Positions 42,700 to 54,111 of a DNA stretch of 64,000 bases are shown here, piece after piece. The notes under the pieces were generated by a model. It was not told where the DNA came from. It worked only from the letters and a program-made list of their open reading frames with translations, and did no database searches. Source of the stretch: Octopus vulgaris (lineage: Eukaryota). Every line of letters begins with the position of its first letter. Positions within the stretch are counted from its first letter, which is position 1. A program made the position numbers and the translations under genes. Location of the stretch: NCBI GenBank assembly GCA_951406725.2, contig OX597815.1, positions 182,900,001 through 182,964,000 on the forward strand, read 5' to 3'.

Positions 42700-44050
42700 A
42701 TCATAGATTTAGACGTCAGGTGTTTACATTTTATTTTTCTTTCTAGTTAGTATATTTAATCTGTTTATTTTAGCAGTTCTACTTGTATGGCTAACATAAC
42801 ATTTTGTATTAGGAAGTTGGTAATCGAATTCGCAAATCCTATTGATCATTAGTAGCTTGTTTCACGTGCTTACAGGCTTCTGGCTTATGTTACTAACGAG
42901 GCCCATAAGTCTGATGTTTTTTCTCGTATATTGTTAGTGATAGTTTATGCTTTGGTGTAATGCATCTAATATTTTGTTTCATGATACTTTTTGATCAAGT
43001 GTTTATTCATTCCTTAGTTTGTATGCATTTGATCCTTCTAATAATTTAATATGCAGTTCGTATATTTTTCAGTAACTTTGATGTTTACTGCGTTGCATTC
43101 GTATCTGAATAGTTCTTATTCTTTACTAGTTTGTTTGAAGAGTCGATGTTGATTAGTGTTTGTCGCATTTTGCAGATTTCTTTATCTACTCCTTTGTTTG
43201 TGCTGAATAATCTAAATTCTCTTCTAACTTAGGATTTCACCATTGACATTTTGTTGCTATGTGGATATTCACCGAACCGTGTAAGTGCAAATTTTTATTA
43301 GTGTCTTCGTAGAGACAGCTGGAATGTAATCTATTCTTTTCTATCAAGATGTTTACGTCTTGTAACAGAGTGACTGTATGAGAAGGATTTCATTCGTATA
43401 GTTCTGTATGTTTAATTTTAGTAGTTGGTTTCTATAGCTTTCTTTAATTATCGGTATTTTCGAATGTGTCCTTTTCAACCGGTATATCATTCATATAAAA
43501 GTGGCGAGCTGCCAGAATCATTAGCGCGCCGGACAAAATTCTCACCGGTGTTTCGCCCGACGCTACGTTCTGAGTTCAAATTCCGCTGAGATCGACTTTT
43601 CAAGAAGGTGGCGAGCTGGCAGAAACGTTAGCACACCGGGCGAAATGCGTAGTGGTGTTTCGTCTGCGGTTACGTTCTGAGTTCAAATTCCGCCGTGGTC
43701 GACTTTGCCTTTCATCCTTTCGGGGTCGATAAATTAAGTACCAGTTACGCACTGTGGTCGATATAATCGATTCAATCCGTATATCTGTCCTTGTTATTTC
43801 CTCTCTGTGTTTAGCCCCTTGTGGGTAGTAAAGAAATAGGTATATCATTCATATATCTGGTCCACAAGGTATATTTATGTTTGGCACTACTTTGCTTCCT
43901 ATTGAAGTTTCGCGACACGCCGAAAACACGGGATTTAAAGGAAATGCTACGGCATATCTTTTCTCATATAATTTTGCCTTACGGATACTAAAAGACCACT
44001 TCTTTTGTACTGAGTAGAATTATATTTCAGTATAATAGCACTCTCTCCAT
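42700..44050 (-). pseudogene. Decayed Penelope-like element (RT and GIY-YIG remnants), interrupted by a SINE
   Basis: Minus-strand LWTRYMNDI (WxRYVDDI-like), LLQDVNILIE (FLDV-like), later CYVSHTSRT (YVGxTxR-like); many stops. Confidence 0.6.
43498..43840 (+). mobile_element. SINE family A (partial plus full copy) with target-site duplication
   Basis: GGTATATCATTCATATA at 43481-43497 and 43839-43855. Confidence 0.9.
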
Positions 44051-44084
44051 AATTACACAGCACAAAAAAAATCAGCAAACAACA

Positions 44085-44350
44085 CAGGAGCACTCAGTCG
44101 GTTACGATGACGAGGGTCCCACCTGATACAATCAACGGAACAACTTGCTCGTGAAATTAACGTGCAAGTGGCCGAGCACTCCACAGACACGTGTACCCTT
44201 GACGTAGTTCTCGGGGAGATTCAGCGTGACACAGAGTGAAACAAGGCTGGCACTTTGAAATACAGGTACTACTCATTTTTGCCAGCTGAGTGGACTGAAG
44301 CAACGTGAAGTAAAGTGTCGTGCTCAAGGACACAACCCGTTGCTGGGAAT
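44085..44350 (-). mobile_element. SINE family B-related copy
   Basis: Reverse complement of the 27503-27790 type. Confidence 0.8.
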
Positions 44351-44959
44351 TGTAAACAGCACAAACACTACACCGAATTCCCCGAGTAAATTAGACGATT
44401 AAATATTGAGCAATATTTATAGTACAACACAGATAAAACTTACGCTAATTACAACCAAAGAAACACTTTACTAATGCTGTAAAAGTAATATACACAAACT
44501 CCTCAGGTAACATGTACACCAACCACATTAGCGCCAGCCATTCTAAAAAGAAAGCAGCATTCGCCAAATTCACTTCATCCAGATTTAGAAATCTTGCTGG
44601 TGAATTTAGGAATTTTTTACAGTTTAAGAAACTGTTAGGAGGTCATACGTAAATATGAACAAAAATGTGATAGGAAGTATATTGCCTTTATATTTTAGCA
44701 CAAGGTAACCAATTTCAAGGGGGTGGTTAACTCGATTACATTAACCGCAGTGTTCGACTGGTGCTTATTTTATTGATCCTGGAAGGATGAAAGGCAAAAT
44801 CGGCCTCGGAGGAATTTGAACTGAGATCGTAAGATGGATGAAGTGCCGCTAAGCATTTTGCTCGGCTTGTTAGCGATTCTGCCAGCAGCTTACTGCCTTC
44901 CTGTTTTGAAAGTAATCTTACCACCTTGATAAAAAAAAAAAGAAAAAAAGATGTATAAA

Positions 44960-45392
44960 GGCGCAGGAGTGGCTGTGTGGTAAGTAGCTTGCTAATCAAC
45001 CACATGGTTCCAGGTTCAGTCCCACTGTGTGGCATCTTGGGCAAGTGTCTTCTGCTATAGCCTCGGGCCGACCAATGCCTTGTGAGTGGATTTGGTAAAC
45101 GGAAACTAAAAGAAGTCTGTCGTATATATGTATATATATATATGTGTGTGTGTATGTGTTTGTGTGTCTGTGTTTGTGTGTCTGTGTTTGTCCCCCTAGC
45201 ATTGCTTGACAACCGATGCTGGTGTGTTTACGTCCCCGTCACACCCAGCGGTTCGGCAAAAGAGACCGATAGAATAAGTACTGGGCTTACAAAGAATAAG
45301 TCCCGGGGTCGATTTGCTCAACTAAAGGCGGTGCTCCAGCATGACCGCAGTCAAAATGACTGAAACAAGTAAAAGAGTAAAAGAGAGTAAAG
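44960..45392 (+). mobile_element. tRNA-derived SINE, family C (CORE-like, internal TA/TG microsatellite, CR1-like tail)
   Basis: A box TGGCTGTGTGG, B box GGTTCAGTCCC, TTGGGCAAGTG CORE-like motif, tail (GTAAAAGA)n. Confidence 0.85.
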
Positions 45393-46052
45393 AGTATAAT
45401 ATTAGAATGAAGTCTTGTCAGCTTAACCCAAATACACACACGGACACACATACATCCATAAATGTAAGCGTACGTACGTACGTGCGTACATGCGTGCGTG
45501 TGCGTGTGTGTGTGTGTGTGTATAAACAGAACGAAAGAGAGAGCGAGAGAGAGAGGGAGAGTTCTGTATTTGTAACAAAGCATGGCTGATGTTTGAATCT
45601 CAGCATAAAAAGATTAGTAAGAGCATGGGTGGTATTAATATAATCTCAATGTACATAAGGCAGAGTTCTCATTGAAAAGGTGGAAGATCTGAACAGGGAT
45701 TCATTTACAAAAAAAAAATCCATCAATAATTGAATTAAAATTGTTTTTCGCATACATAATGCTCACGCGCTTTTTATATGAAACATGTTTCTTTGAGTTA
45801 TGGCTTTGTATGTGTGTATAATTCGTGTTATTCTTCTTGTTCGTGTCAAACCGACTTTAAGAGCGCGTGCGTTCAGGATTAAATGTGTGCAAAGTTCAAT
45901 AAGTGACATATGACAAAATGTATGTATGCATGCATGATGATCATCTGGATGCAATGGAAACTCCGTATGCATACACACACGTGATGGTATGTAGAGGCAC
46001 GTACCCATATATGCCTTCAGCATGTCTAGACAAACATCTTCCGGTGATTTTC

Positions 46053-46440
46053 GAGTTTACCAACCACATGGTTCCGGGTTCGGTCTCATTGCGTGGCACC
46101 TTGGGCAAGTGTCTTCTACTATAGCCTCGGGCCGACCAAAGCCTTGTGAGTGGATTTGCTAGACGGAAAAATGAATGAAGCCCGTTGTATATATGTATAT
46201 GTATATTTATATGTGTGTGCGTGCGTGTGTGTGTTTGTCCCGCCACCATCGCTTGACAACCGATGCTGGTGTGTTTACGTCCCCGTAACTTAGCAGTTTG
46301 GCAAAAGAGACCTATAGAATAAGTACTAGGCTTACAAAGGATAATTTCTGGGGTCGATTTGCTCGACTAAAGGCGGTGCTCCAGCATGGCCGCAGTCAAA
46401 TGACTGAAACAAATAAAAAAAATAAAAAAGTAAAAGAGTA
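46053..46440 (+). mobile_element. SINE family C
   Basis: Matches 44960-45392. Confidence 0.85.
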
Positions 46441-46649
46441 ATTAAACTAAATGATGCTCACAGCAAAAACAAAAGTGGCATCATCTTGTTCAGGTTAATG
46501 ATGTACCATAGGACATGAGGACCTATGGTTTCTCTCCTGGAGCTTATATTTTTTATGTTTCCCCCTCCGCACCATCTACTCCTCTGATTGCTACTACTAC
46601 TACTACTACTACTACTACTGCTATTAATTTCTTTAGTGTTTTTATCGTA

Positions 46650-46882
46650 TTTTACTCGTTTCAGTCATTAGACTCTGGCCATGCTGGAGCAGCGCCTGGA
46701 AGAATTTCCGTCGAATGAATCGATCGCTATGCTAATTTTTTTTAAAGCCTGCCACACTTATTCTATCAGTTCTTTTGCCGATCGACTAAGTTACGGGGAC
46801 GTAAACATACCAACACCGGTTATCATGCAGCGGGGAGACAAAGACAGACACAAAAACACACACACACGTGTGTGTGTGAGAG

Positions 46883-46944
<62 letters not shown>

Positions 46945-47117
46945 TATATGTGTGTGTGTGTGTGTGCGACGGGTTCCTTTCAATTTCCGTCTACCACATC
47001 CACTCAAAAAACCCGAGGCTATAGCAAAAAAAAAAAACTTACCCAAGGTGCCACTCAGAGGGACTGAACCTGGAACGGTATGGTTGAGAAGGAAACTTCT
47101 TACTACTCAGCCACACC
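46650..47117 (-). mobile_element. SINE family C (older, inverted)
   Basis: Reverse-complement match to family C. Confidence 0.75.
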
Positions 47118-47141
47118 TTTCTTTAATATCTTTTATTTATA

Positions 47142-47357
47142 AGGTGGCGAGCTGGCAGAATCGTTAGCGCGCCGGGCGAAATGCTTAGCTGTATTTCGTC
47201 AGTTTTTAAGTTCTGAGTTCAAATTCCACCGAGGTTAACTTTGCCTTTCATCATTTCGGTAGCGATAAATTAAGTACCAGTAGCGTACTGGTGTCGTTCT
47301 AGTCGACTGGCCCCCTCCCATCAACATTTAGGGCCTTGTACCGAGAGTAGAAAAGAA
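47142..47357 (+). mobile_element. SINE family A
   Basis: Family A head and central domain, tail GAGTAGAAAAGA. Confidence 0.8.
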
Positions 47358-48257
47358 TATATTTTATTTATATCTACTAAATTATTCTTTCCAACGATCT
47401 CAATCGCCACCTTTGTATTTTCTTCTATTCTTTTACTTGTTTCAACCATTTGACACAGGGTTGGCACGGTGGCGGCTTAGCTTTGCTTTTCACTTTTGCA
47501 GCCCTCATTCGATAGTTTTCGAAACCAAATCGAAAACAAAGCTCACAGCGCTCCCGCTCTGTGAGCTTTGTCTTCCACTCTGAATTATACGTGTCAGAGC
47601 TGGTTATACTCTGGTTTTGGAATACCAACATCATTTTAAAGATTGTACATTTCAAAATATTTAAACACTTCAGCAGATTTTCGGCGAAAGAAGTTCCAAA
47701 CTTCCACACTCCAACTTCGTCGCGCCTATAAAATATAGAAAGACATGGGATTATATCATGAAATTTAAAACATGCACAAACTACATAAACACATGTATAC
47801 GGACTATAACGCCTCTGAATCTGTCATATTGCTAATACAAAAAGCAGTTTAATAACAATTGGTGTTTCCACTATTTTATTTTATTCAACCCCTCTATACA
47901 TAAACAGACACACACACATGTATAATGTATGTATACACACACACAAACACGGTCACAATGTATGTATATATTCACTAAACATTGAATACACATGGATATT
48001 CTTATTTCCTTCAATGTAACTGTCAGTCACTTCATTTCCTTGTGTCAAGAATGTAGTAATATTTATATAAGTTTCTGTATATAATACTCACTAATATACA
48101 TTCATTCGTCTTCTTTCTTAAAGTTTTAATAGAAAGTTAATACTGCGAGATATTGTTATCATTATAGCTACGAAATATTTATCACTTTCACTAAGACCTT
48201 GTCTACGTCTGGGCGAATGAATGAATACACATATACACAAACATATATATATATATA

Positions 48258-50446
48258 TCTTGGCAGATCTTTGTAGACACTGTCACAGACATATGTGCAA
48301 AACACTCCCCACCAAGACCTGTGAACAAAAAGTGCAGAATCCCCCAAAACAGAAAAACCATTATCAGAAAAATAAAAAGAACAAACAAAAAAATGAACAA
48401 ACTAAAGTACTGCCAACAGTAACACACACATTCGACGGCTATCGCACTGCTTGAATCCAAAAAATATAACCTCCAACAATGCATGAAGACCCTCACCAAT
48501 AACCAAAGATCAGCTGAGGAGAAGTGGGCCATTGAAAAAATCAAACTCAACCCCAAAGTGTTCTTTTCATTTGCGAGGAAACGCAGGGTCACTGTCTCCA
48601 CTGTAGGCCCTCTAATTGACGAAACTGGCACTCTCCAAGATAATGCCAAATCCATGGCCGAGATACTGCAGAAACAATACTGCTCTGTTTTCAGCAATCC
48701 TGATATGGCCGATCTGGGCTGTATCAGTGATGTCAACCCCCAACACACTATATCGGACATAACGTTTAGTGCCCCTGATGTCTTAGCGGCGATAAACGAA
48801 ATAAAACACAATTCAGCAGTAGGCCCCGATAGGTTCCCTGCTTGTGTCCTGAAGGTGTGTCGACACCAACTTGCATCTCCCCTTGCTAATCTGTGGAGAA
48901 ACTCACTGGATGCTGGCTATATTCCAAAAAACCTTCTGTCCCAGTCTGTTGTCCCAATTTTCAAAAAGGGAAACAAGTCCCTTGCAGTGAACTACCGTCC
49001 GATCTCACTCACCTCTCATATCATCAAGGTATTTGAGAGGGTGGTGAGATCTCGAATAACCCAATTTCTGGAAAGCAACAGACGGCTGATCTCCAACCAA
49101 CATGGGTTCCGTAATGGAAGGGACTGCCTAACGCAGCTCCTGCATCACTTTGATGACATTTTGAGAGCTTTGGGAGAGGGCTCCAACACCGATGTCATCT
49201 ACCTTGATTTCAGTAAGGCCTTTGACAGGGTCGATCACAAGATCCTATTGAAAAAACTATCCAACATTGGTGTCTCTGGAAAGTTACTGAAATGGATCAA
49301 GTGTTTCCTGACAGACAGATCTCAACATGTTGTAGTTGAAGGGGTAAAATCAAGCCCAGCCAAAGCCAGTAGTGACGTTCCGCAAGGCACTGTGCTGGGC
49401 CCACTTCTTTTCATCATTTACATTAATGACATTAATGACATCATCAAGCACATCAACATAAAAATTTTTGCAGATGATTCCAAGCTGCAGAAGGTCATAA
49501 ATGAGGCGAGTGACCGGACATGCCTTCAGTCAGATCTACTGGCTGTTATCCAATGGGCAGAAAAAAACAATATGCTGCTGAACGAGGATAAATTTGAGTT
49601 AATCCACTTTGGAAAAGAGGATGCCCTGAAACTCCCATACTCCCTTCCTTCAGGTGAAACTCTCGCGGCGTCCAACAACATCAGAGACTTGTGAGTAATT
49701 GTGGACAACAACATAAGCTGGGTCACTCATATAAACACCAAAGTTGACATGGCCCGCAGAATGTGTTCCTGGATTCTCAGAACTTTCCAGTCGAGAGATA
49801 TCCACACCATTATCCTTCTCTTCTCCACTTTTGCCCGACCCCACCTTGAATACTGTTGTCCACTGTGGTCTCCCCACACAATACAAGGTATCATAAAAGT
49901 TGAAGCACCTCAAAGGGCAATCACAAAAAAGATAGATGGCATGACAGGCCTCGACTATTGGGGTCGACTAGAAAAGCTAAAACTTTATTCTCTCCAACGT
50001 CGTCGTGAGCGCTACATCATCTGCATGATGTGGAAAATATTCCATCAGCATTTCCCAAATGATGTTGGCATCACCTTTAGGGTACATCCAAGGCTTGGGC
50101 CCCGTGCCATCCGCCCAAAACAAAAATCGCACTCTCATCTCATAACAACAATACGGCACAATTATTTCACCTCAATTGGCCCCGCTCTCTTTAACATTAC
50201 ACCAAAACACATTAAAACAGAAACTGACCCTATAGGGTTCAAGAAGTCTTTGGACAGATTCCTTCAAGAAATCCCGGATAAACCCCCTACACCCGGATAT
50301 GTCTCTGTAAACAATAACTCTCTACTTGAGTGGGCCATAGTGCCCAAATTCTGACTTGAAAGACTTCACCAGGTGGTGCTATTAAGTTAGACATGGCCTG
50401 GGCCAATAATGGCCGAAACCTATCAAAGTATCAAAGTATCAAAGTA
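48258..50446 (+). mobile_element. 5'-truncated CR1-group LINE within (TA)n
   Basis: RT ORF, short 3' UTR and (TATCAAAG)3 tail; (TA)n at both ends; no endonuclease domain seen. Confidence 0.9.
48483..50354 (+). pseudogene. LINE ORF2 reverse transcriptase with one in-frame stop
   Basis: NYRPISLTS, QHGFR, YLDFSKAFDRVDH, VPQGTVLGPLLF, FADD, RPHLEYC; ORFs 48483-49694 and 49701-50354 share a frame, with TGA in DL*VI (consensus DLGV). Confidence 0.93.
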
Positions 50447-50970
50447 TATATATATATATCTTATTATAAAAGGCAGATTTTATCTGCCTCCCTTTGGGAG
50501 TTATACAAATCTACAATATAGGATTTCTTCAATTACAATTTACCTAGCAGTTTTAAGAGTACAATGCATCGCGTCATGCCAGGTCCAGTTTTTAAAATTT
50601 AAACTCCAATTAAGCAAAATTTACAGAAAACTCACATTCTGGTGTGTGTGTCAAATGCTTTTCTTAGTCTGGTTTACACCACACGCAAACGCACACACAC
50701 AGTGGGCAACGAATAAAATGAAAGTAATTGACTTACTGTAGTGAGTGATTCTTTCACTCTGCTTCCCACGTCCTCTTTCCACACATACACACGCAAATAT
50801 ATAAATAAAATTGTAAGCTAACGTGCGTGTGTGTGAGTGGGTGTGTGGGTGTGCGCGTGTGTGTGTGTGTGTGAGGGTGCGTGTGTGTGTGTGTGTGTGT
50901 GCGTGTGCGTGAGTGTGTGATAGGAAAGTTTTTTACGACGAATATAACACCTATATCCAAGTAGCAGAAA

Positions 50971-51341
50971 GATAAGACAGTAAGGTGTGATTTGAGGGAG
51001 ATTTGGCTGCTATTTCTACCATGTCTAGCTGCCATGTAGGGGTCTCCCTCATAGGCTCATACATACATATATACATAGATAAGACAGTAAGGTGTGATTT
51101 GGGGGAAATTTGGCTGCTATTTCTACCAGGTCTAGCTGCCATGTAGGGGTCTCCCTCATAGGCTCATACATACATATATACATAGATAAGACAGTAAGGT
51201 GTGATTTGGGGGAAATTTGGCTGCTATTTCTACCAGGTCTAGCTACCATGTAGAGGTCCCCCTCATTGGCTCATATATATATACATACATAAGACAGTAA
51301 GCTGTGATTTGAGGGAGATTTGGCTGCTGTTTCTACCAGGT
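50971..51341. repeat. 107-bp tandem repeat, ~3.5 copies
   Basis: GATAAGACAGTAAGGTGTGATTTG at 50971, 51078, 51185 and ~51289. Confidence 0.92.
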
Positions 51342-51700
51342 CTGTTAGGCCTTCTCATGTAAACTCAAGCTTTCTCATGCCTTGACCAAAGCAGAGAATG
51401 TATTCTTTTATTCTTCTGCTTTTTCCAGCCATTGGTCTGTAGCCATGCTGGGGCAATGCCTTAAAGAATTGTAGTTTAATGAATCAACTCCACTTTTATT
51501 TTTGTAAGCATTGTACTTATTCTATCTGTTTCCTTTGTCAAACCACTAGGTGACAGGGATGTAAACAAACCAACATTCGTTGTCAAGCAGTGGTGGAGGA
51601 CAATCACAAGCACAGACACGCACACACACACACATACATGCATACACATATACACACATACATACATACATACATATATATATATGTGTGTATATATATA

Positions 51701-51959
51701 TTGCAGCGTGGAAGGTGTTTGTAAGCCATTTAAGAAACACACAAAAACCGTTACATTCACTTCAACATTTAAATTTAATTTGCCAAAATATTTTCGTCGC
51801 TTTGAGACCGCGACCTGTTCACTGACAAAAATATCGTGCTAACAGGTCGCGGTCTCAAAGCGATGAAAATATTTTGACAAATTAAATTTAAATGTTGAAG
51901 TGAATCTAACGGGTTTTGTGTGTTTCTTAAATGGCTTATAAACACCTTCAACGCTGCAA
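51701..51959. repeat. Long inverted repeat, ~118-bp arms with ~21-nt spacer
   Basis: TTGCAGCGTGGAAGGTGTTT...GAGACCGCGACCTGTT / AACAGGTCGCGGTCTC...AAACACCTTCAACGCTGCAA. Confidence 0.92.
51779..51829 (-). ncRNA. Minimal hammerhead ribozyme fold with G3:C8 core variant
   Basis: Minus strand TTTGTCA-GTGAACA-G-GTCGC-GGTCTCAAA-GCGAC-GAAA-ATAT-TT-TGGCAAA. Confidence 0.65.
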
Positions 51960-52035
51960 CAGTTTTCGTTCCAGCACACGATCTCAGATCAAGTCACTTG
52001 CTATGCAAGTACATCTCTGTAACTATATATATATT

Positions 52036-52066
<31 letters not shown>

Positions 52067-52534
52067 TGGTAAAAACAGTAAGATAACAAAAGAAAGAAAG
52101 AGACCTCAATATTATGTAAATAGAGGAAATCTTTATATATAAAAGTGAGGTTGTGTGTCTGTCTCCTACGATTTAGATTCCTAACTACTCCCACATTTTG
52201 CGGTGCAGTTTAACCAAAACCGGGTATCTTATAGTCGTGATTCATATCGAGACCGTCTGGGTATTAGCGCGCGTCTACGATGAGTCTACGATTTAAAAAA
52301 AAATTTACCATCAATTTTTCCCATTTTTAATCCATTTTTGACATATATAAGGGAAGTAACTCTCTAAAATTTATTATTAAATCTCAACGTAAAAAGCTAC
52401 AGTAACACCCCTCCCCCTTTGTGGTTAGCCATATTGAGATGGCTATTATACTTTACATCTCTAAAAATGCTTCTATAATTATTTCCCTTACAAACCCGAG
52501 CAACGCCGGGCGATACTGCTAGTATATATATATA

Positions 52535-54111
52535 TCTTATTATAAAAGGCAGATTTTATCTGCCTCCCTTTGGGAGTTATACAAATCTACAATATAGGAT
52601 TTCTTCAATTACAATTTACCTAGCATTTTTTAGAGTACAATGCATCGCGTCATGCCAGGTCAAGTTTTTAAAATTTAAACTCCAATTAAGCAAAATTTAC
52701 AGAAAACTCACATTCTGGTGTGTGTGTCAAATGCTTTTCTTAGTCTGGTTTACACCACACGCAAACGCACACACACAGTGGGCAACGAATAAAATGAAAG
52801 TAAATAGCGACAGAGTGATTTGAGCAAGACTAAACTGAAAGTATTTAAACCATTACTCAAAAAATAAAGAAACACAGCAAACAGAAACAAATAAATACAT
52901 AACGATTTAATCCTCACACAATTTCTTCAATTAGAGTTTACCTAAGATTTTTCAGAGTACTTCAGTGGGTGATGCCATAAAAAATTTCTTTCAATTTTAC
53001 CACCAATTAAGACAAAATTCGAGAAAACTCAATATTTTAACATATCACTCCGAAAGCATTGATGTACATGTGTGCGTGCATGAGTGTGTGTGTCTCATTC
53101 CTCACACACACGCATACACATACATATACAACTACATACAACTACATACACATACAACTACATACACATACAACTACATACAAACACGTGTGTGTTTGTT
53201 ATTAGTAAAAAAGGCGCCAAAACTCAACTCACTTATCATTCCAACACATTTGCAAAGACACACGGACGGACAGAAAAGGTAACTTGGTTTTTATTTTACT
53301 CTGTATATATTTTATTATATAATATTTATATAGATATATGTATATATAATTGCAGTATGAAACAGTGTTTATGTATAAACAGACGACACTTATATATAGT
53401 TACCAAGCCGCCCGAATTTACCTATTCATATTTAAATGAGAATATCAGAGCAAATCTCTTTAGTACATTCGTGAAAACACGTATTATACTTCGTAAACAC
53501 TTCAACTACAGTTTTGTAAAAAACTCGAAGTGTAATTTTAATTCCGTGAATTATGGGAGATTTTTTTCCGAAATTTGTTCCTATTGTGTTTTCAAAATTT
53601 GTAATTCTGACAAAAAATGGATACGAATTTCATTATATCAAGCAGCGAGTCAGAATTCGAAGGATTTTCTACTGAAGACCTTCATAAATCTAACTCTATG
53701 ACTGAAAAAAAAAAGCATCTTTATATAAGAGTGAAGTTGTGTGTCTGTCTCCTACGATTTAGATTCCTAACTACTCCCACATTTTGCGGTGCAGTTTAAC
53801 CAAAAGCGGGTATCTTTTAGTCGTCATTCATATCGAGCCCTTCTGGGTATTAGCGTGCGTCTACGATGTGTCTACGATTTTAAAAAAATTTACCATCGTA
53901 TTTTTCCGTTTTTATGCAATTTTTTCGCTATTATATAAGGGAAGTAACTCTCTAAAAAATCTACGATGTGTCAACGATTTAAAAGAAAATTTGCCTTCAT
54001 TTTTTTTCAATTTTTAATAAATTTTTTTGCTATTTTTTGGCTATAACTCTCTAAAAATGCTTATATATTTATTTCCCTTACAACCCGAGCAACGCCGGGC
54101 GATACTGCTAG
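52535..54111 (+). mobile_element. Composite Helitron unit 2 (A, piggyBac end, B)
   Basis: TC...hairpin-CTAG termini; nested B start at 53718. Confidence 0.9.

Larger units (their letters stand above)
50459..52522 (+). mobile_element. Composite Helitron unit 1 (5' end A, unrelated cargo, Helitron B at 52130-52522)
   Basis: A|TCTTATTATAAAAGGC start, shared with other A copies only to ~50727; nested TCTTTATATATAAAAG at 52130; hairpin and CTAG|T end. Confidence 0.8.

Noticed and set aside
48203-48811. 202-aa minus-strand ORF
   Set aside because: Antisense shadow of the LINE ORF2
50971-51341. CRISPR-like periodic repeat
   Set aside because: Whole 107-bp units repeat with no unique spacers; eukaryotic context with no cas genes
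53084-53701. 205-aa ORF
   Set aside because: Runs through Helitron cargo and the piggyBac subterminal region; broken in sister copies; no protein motif
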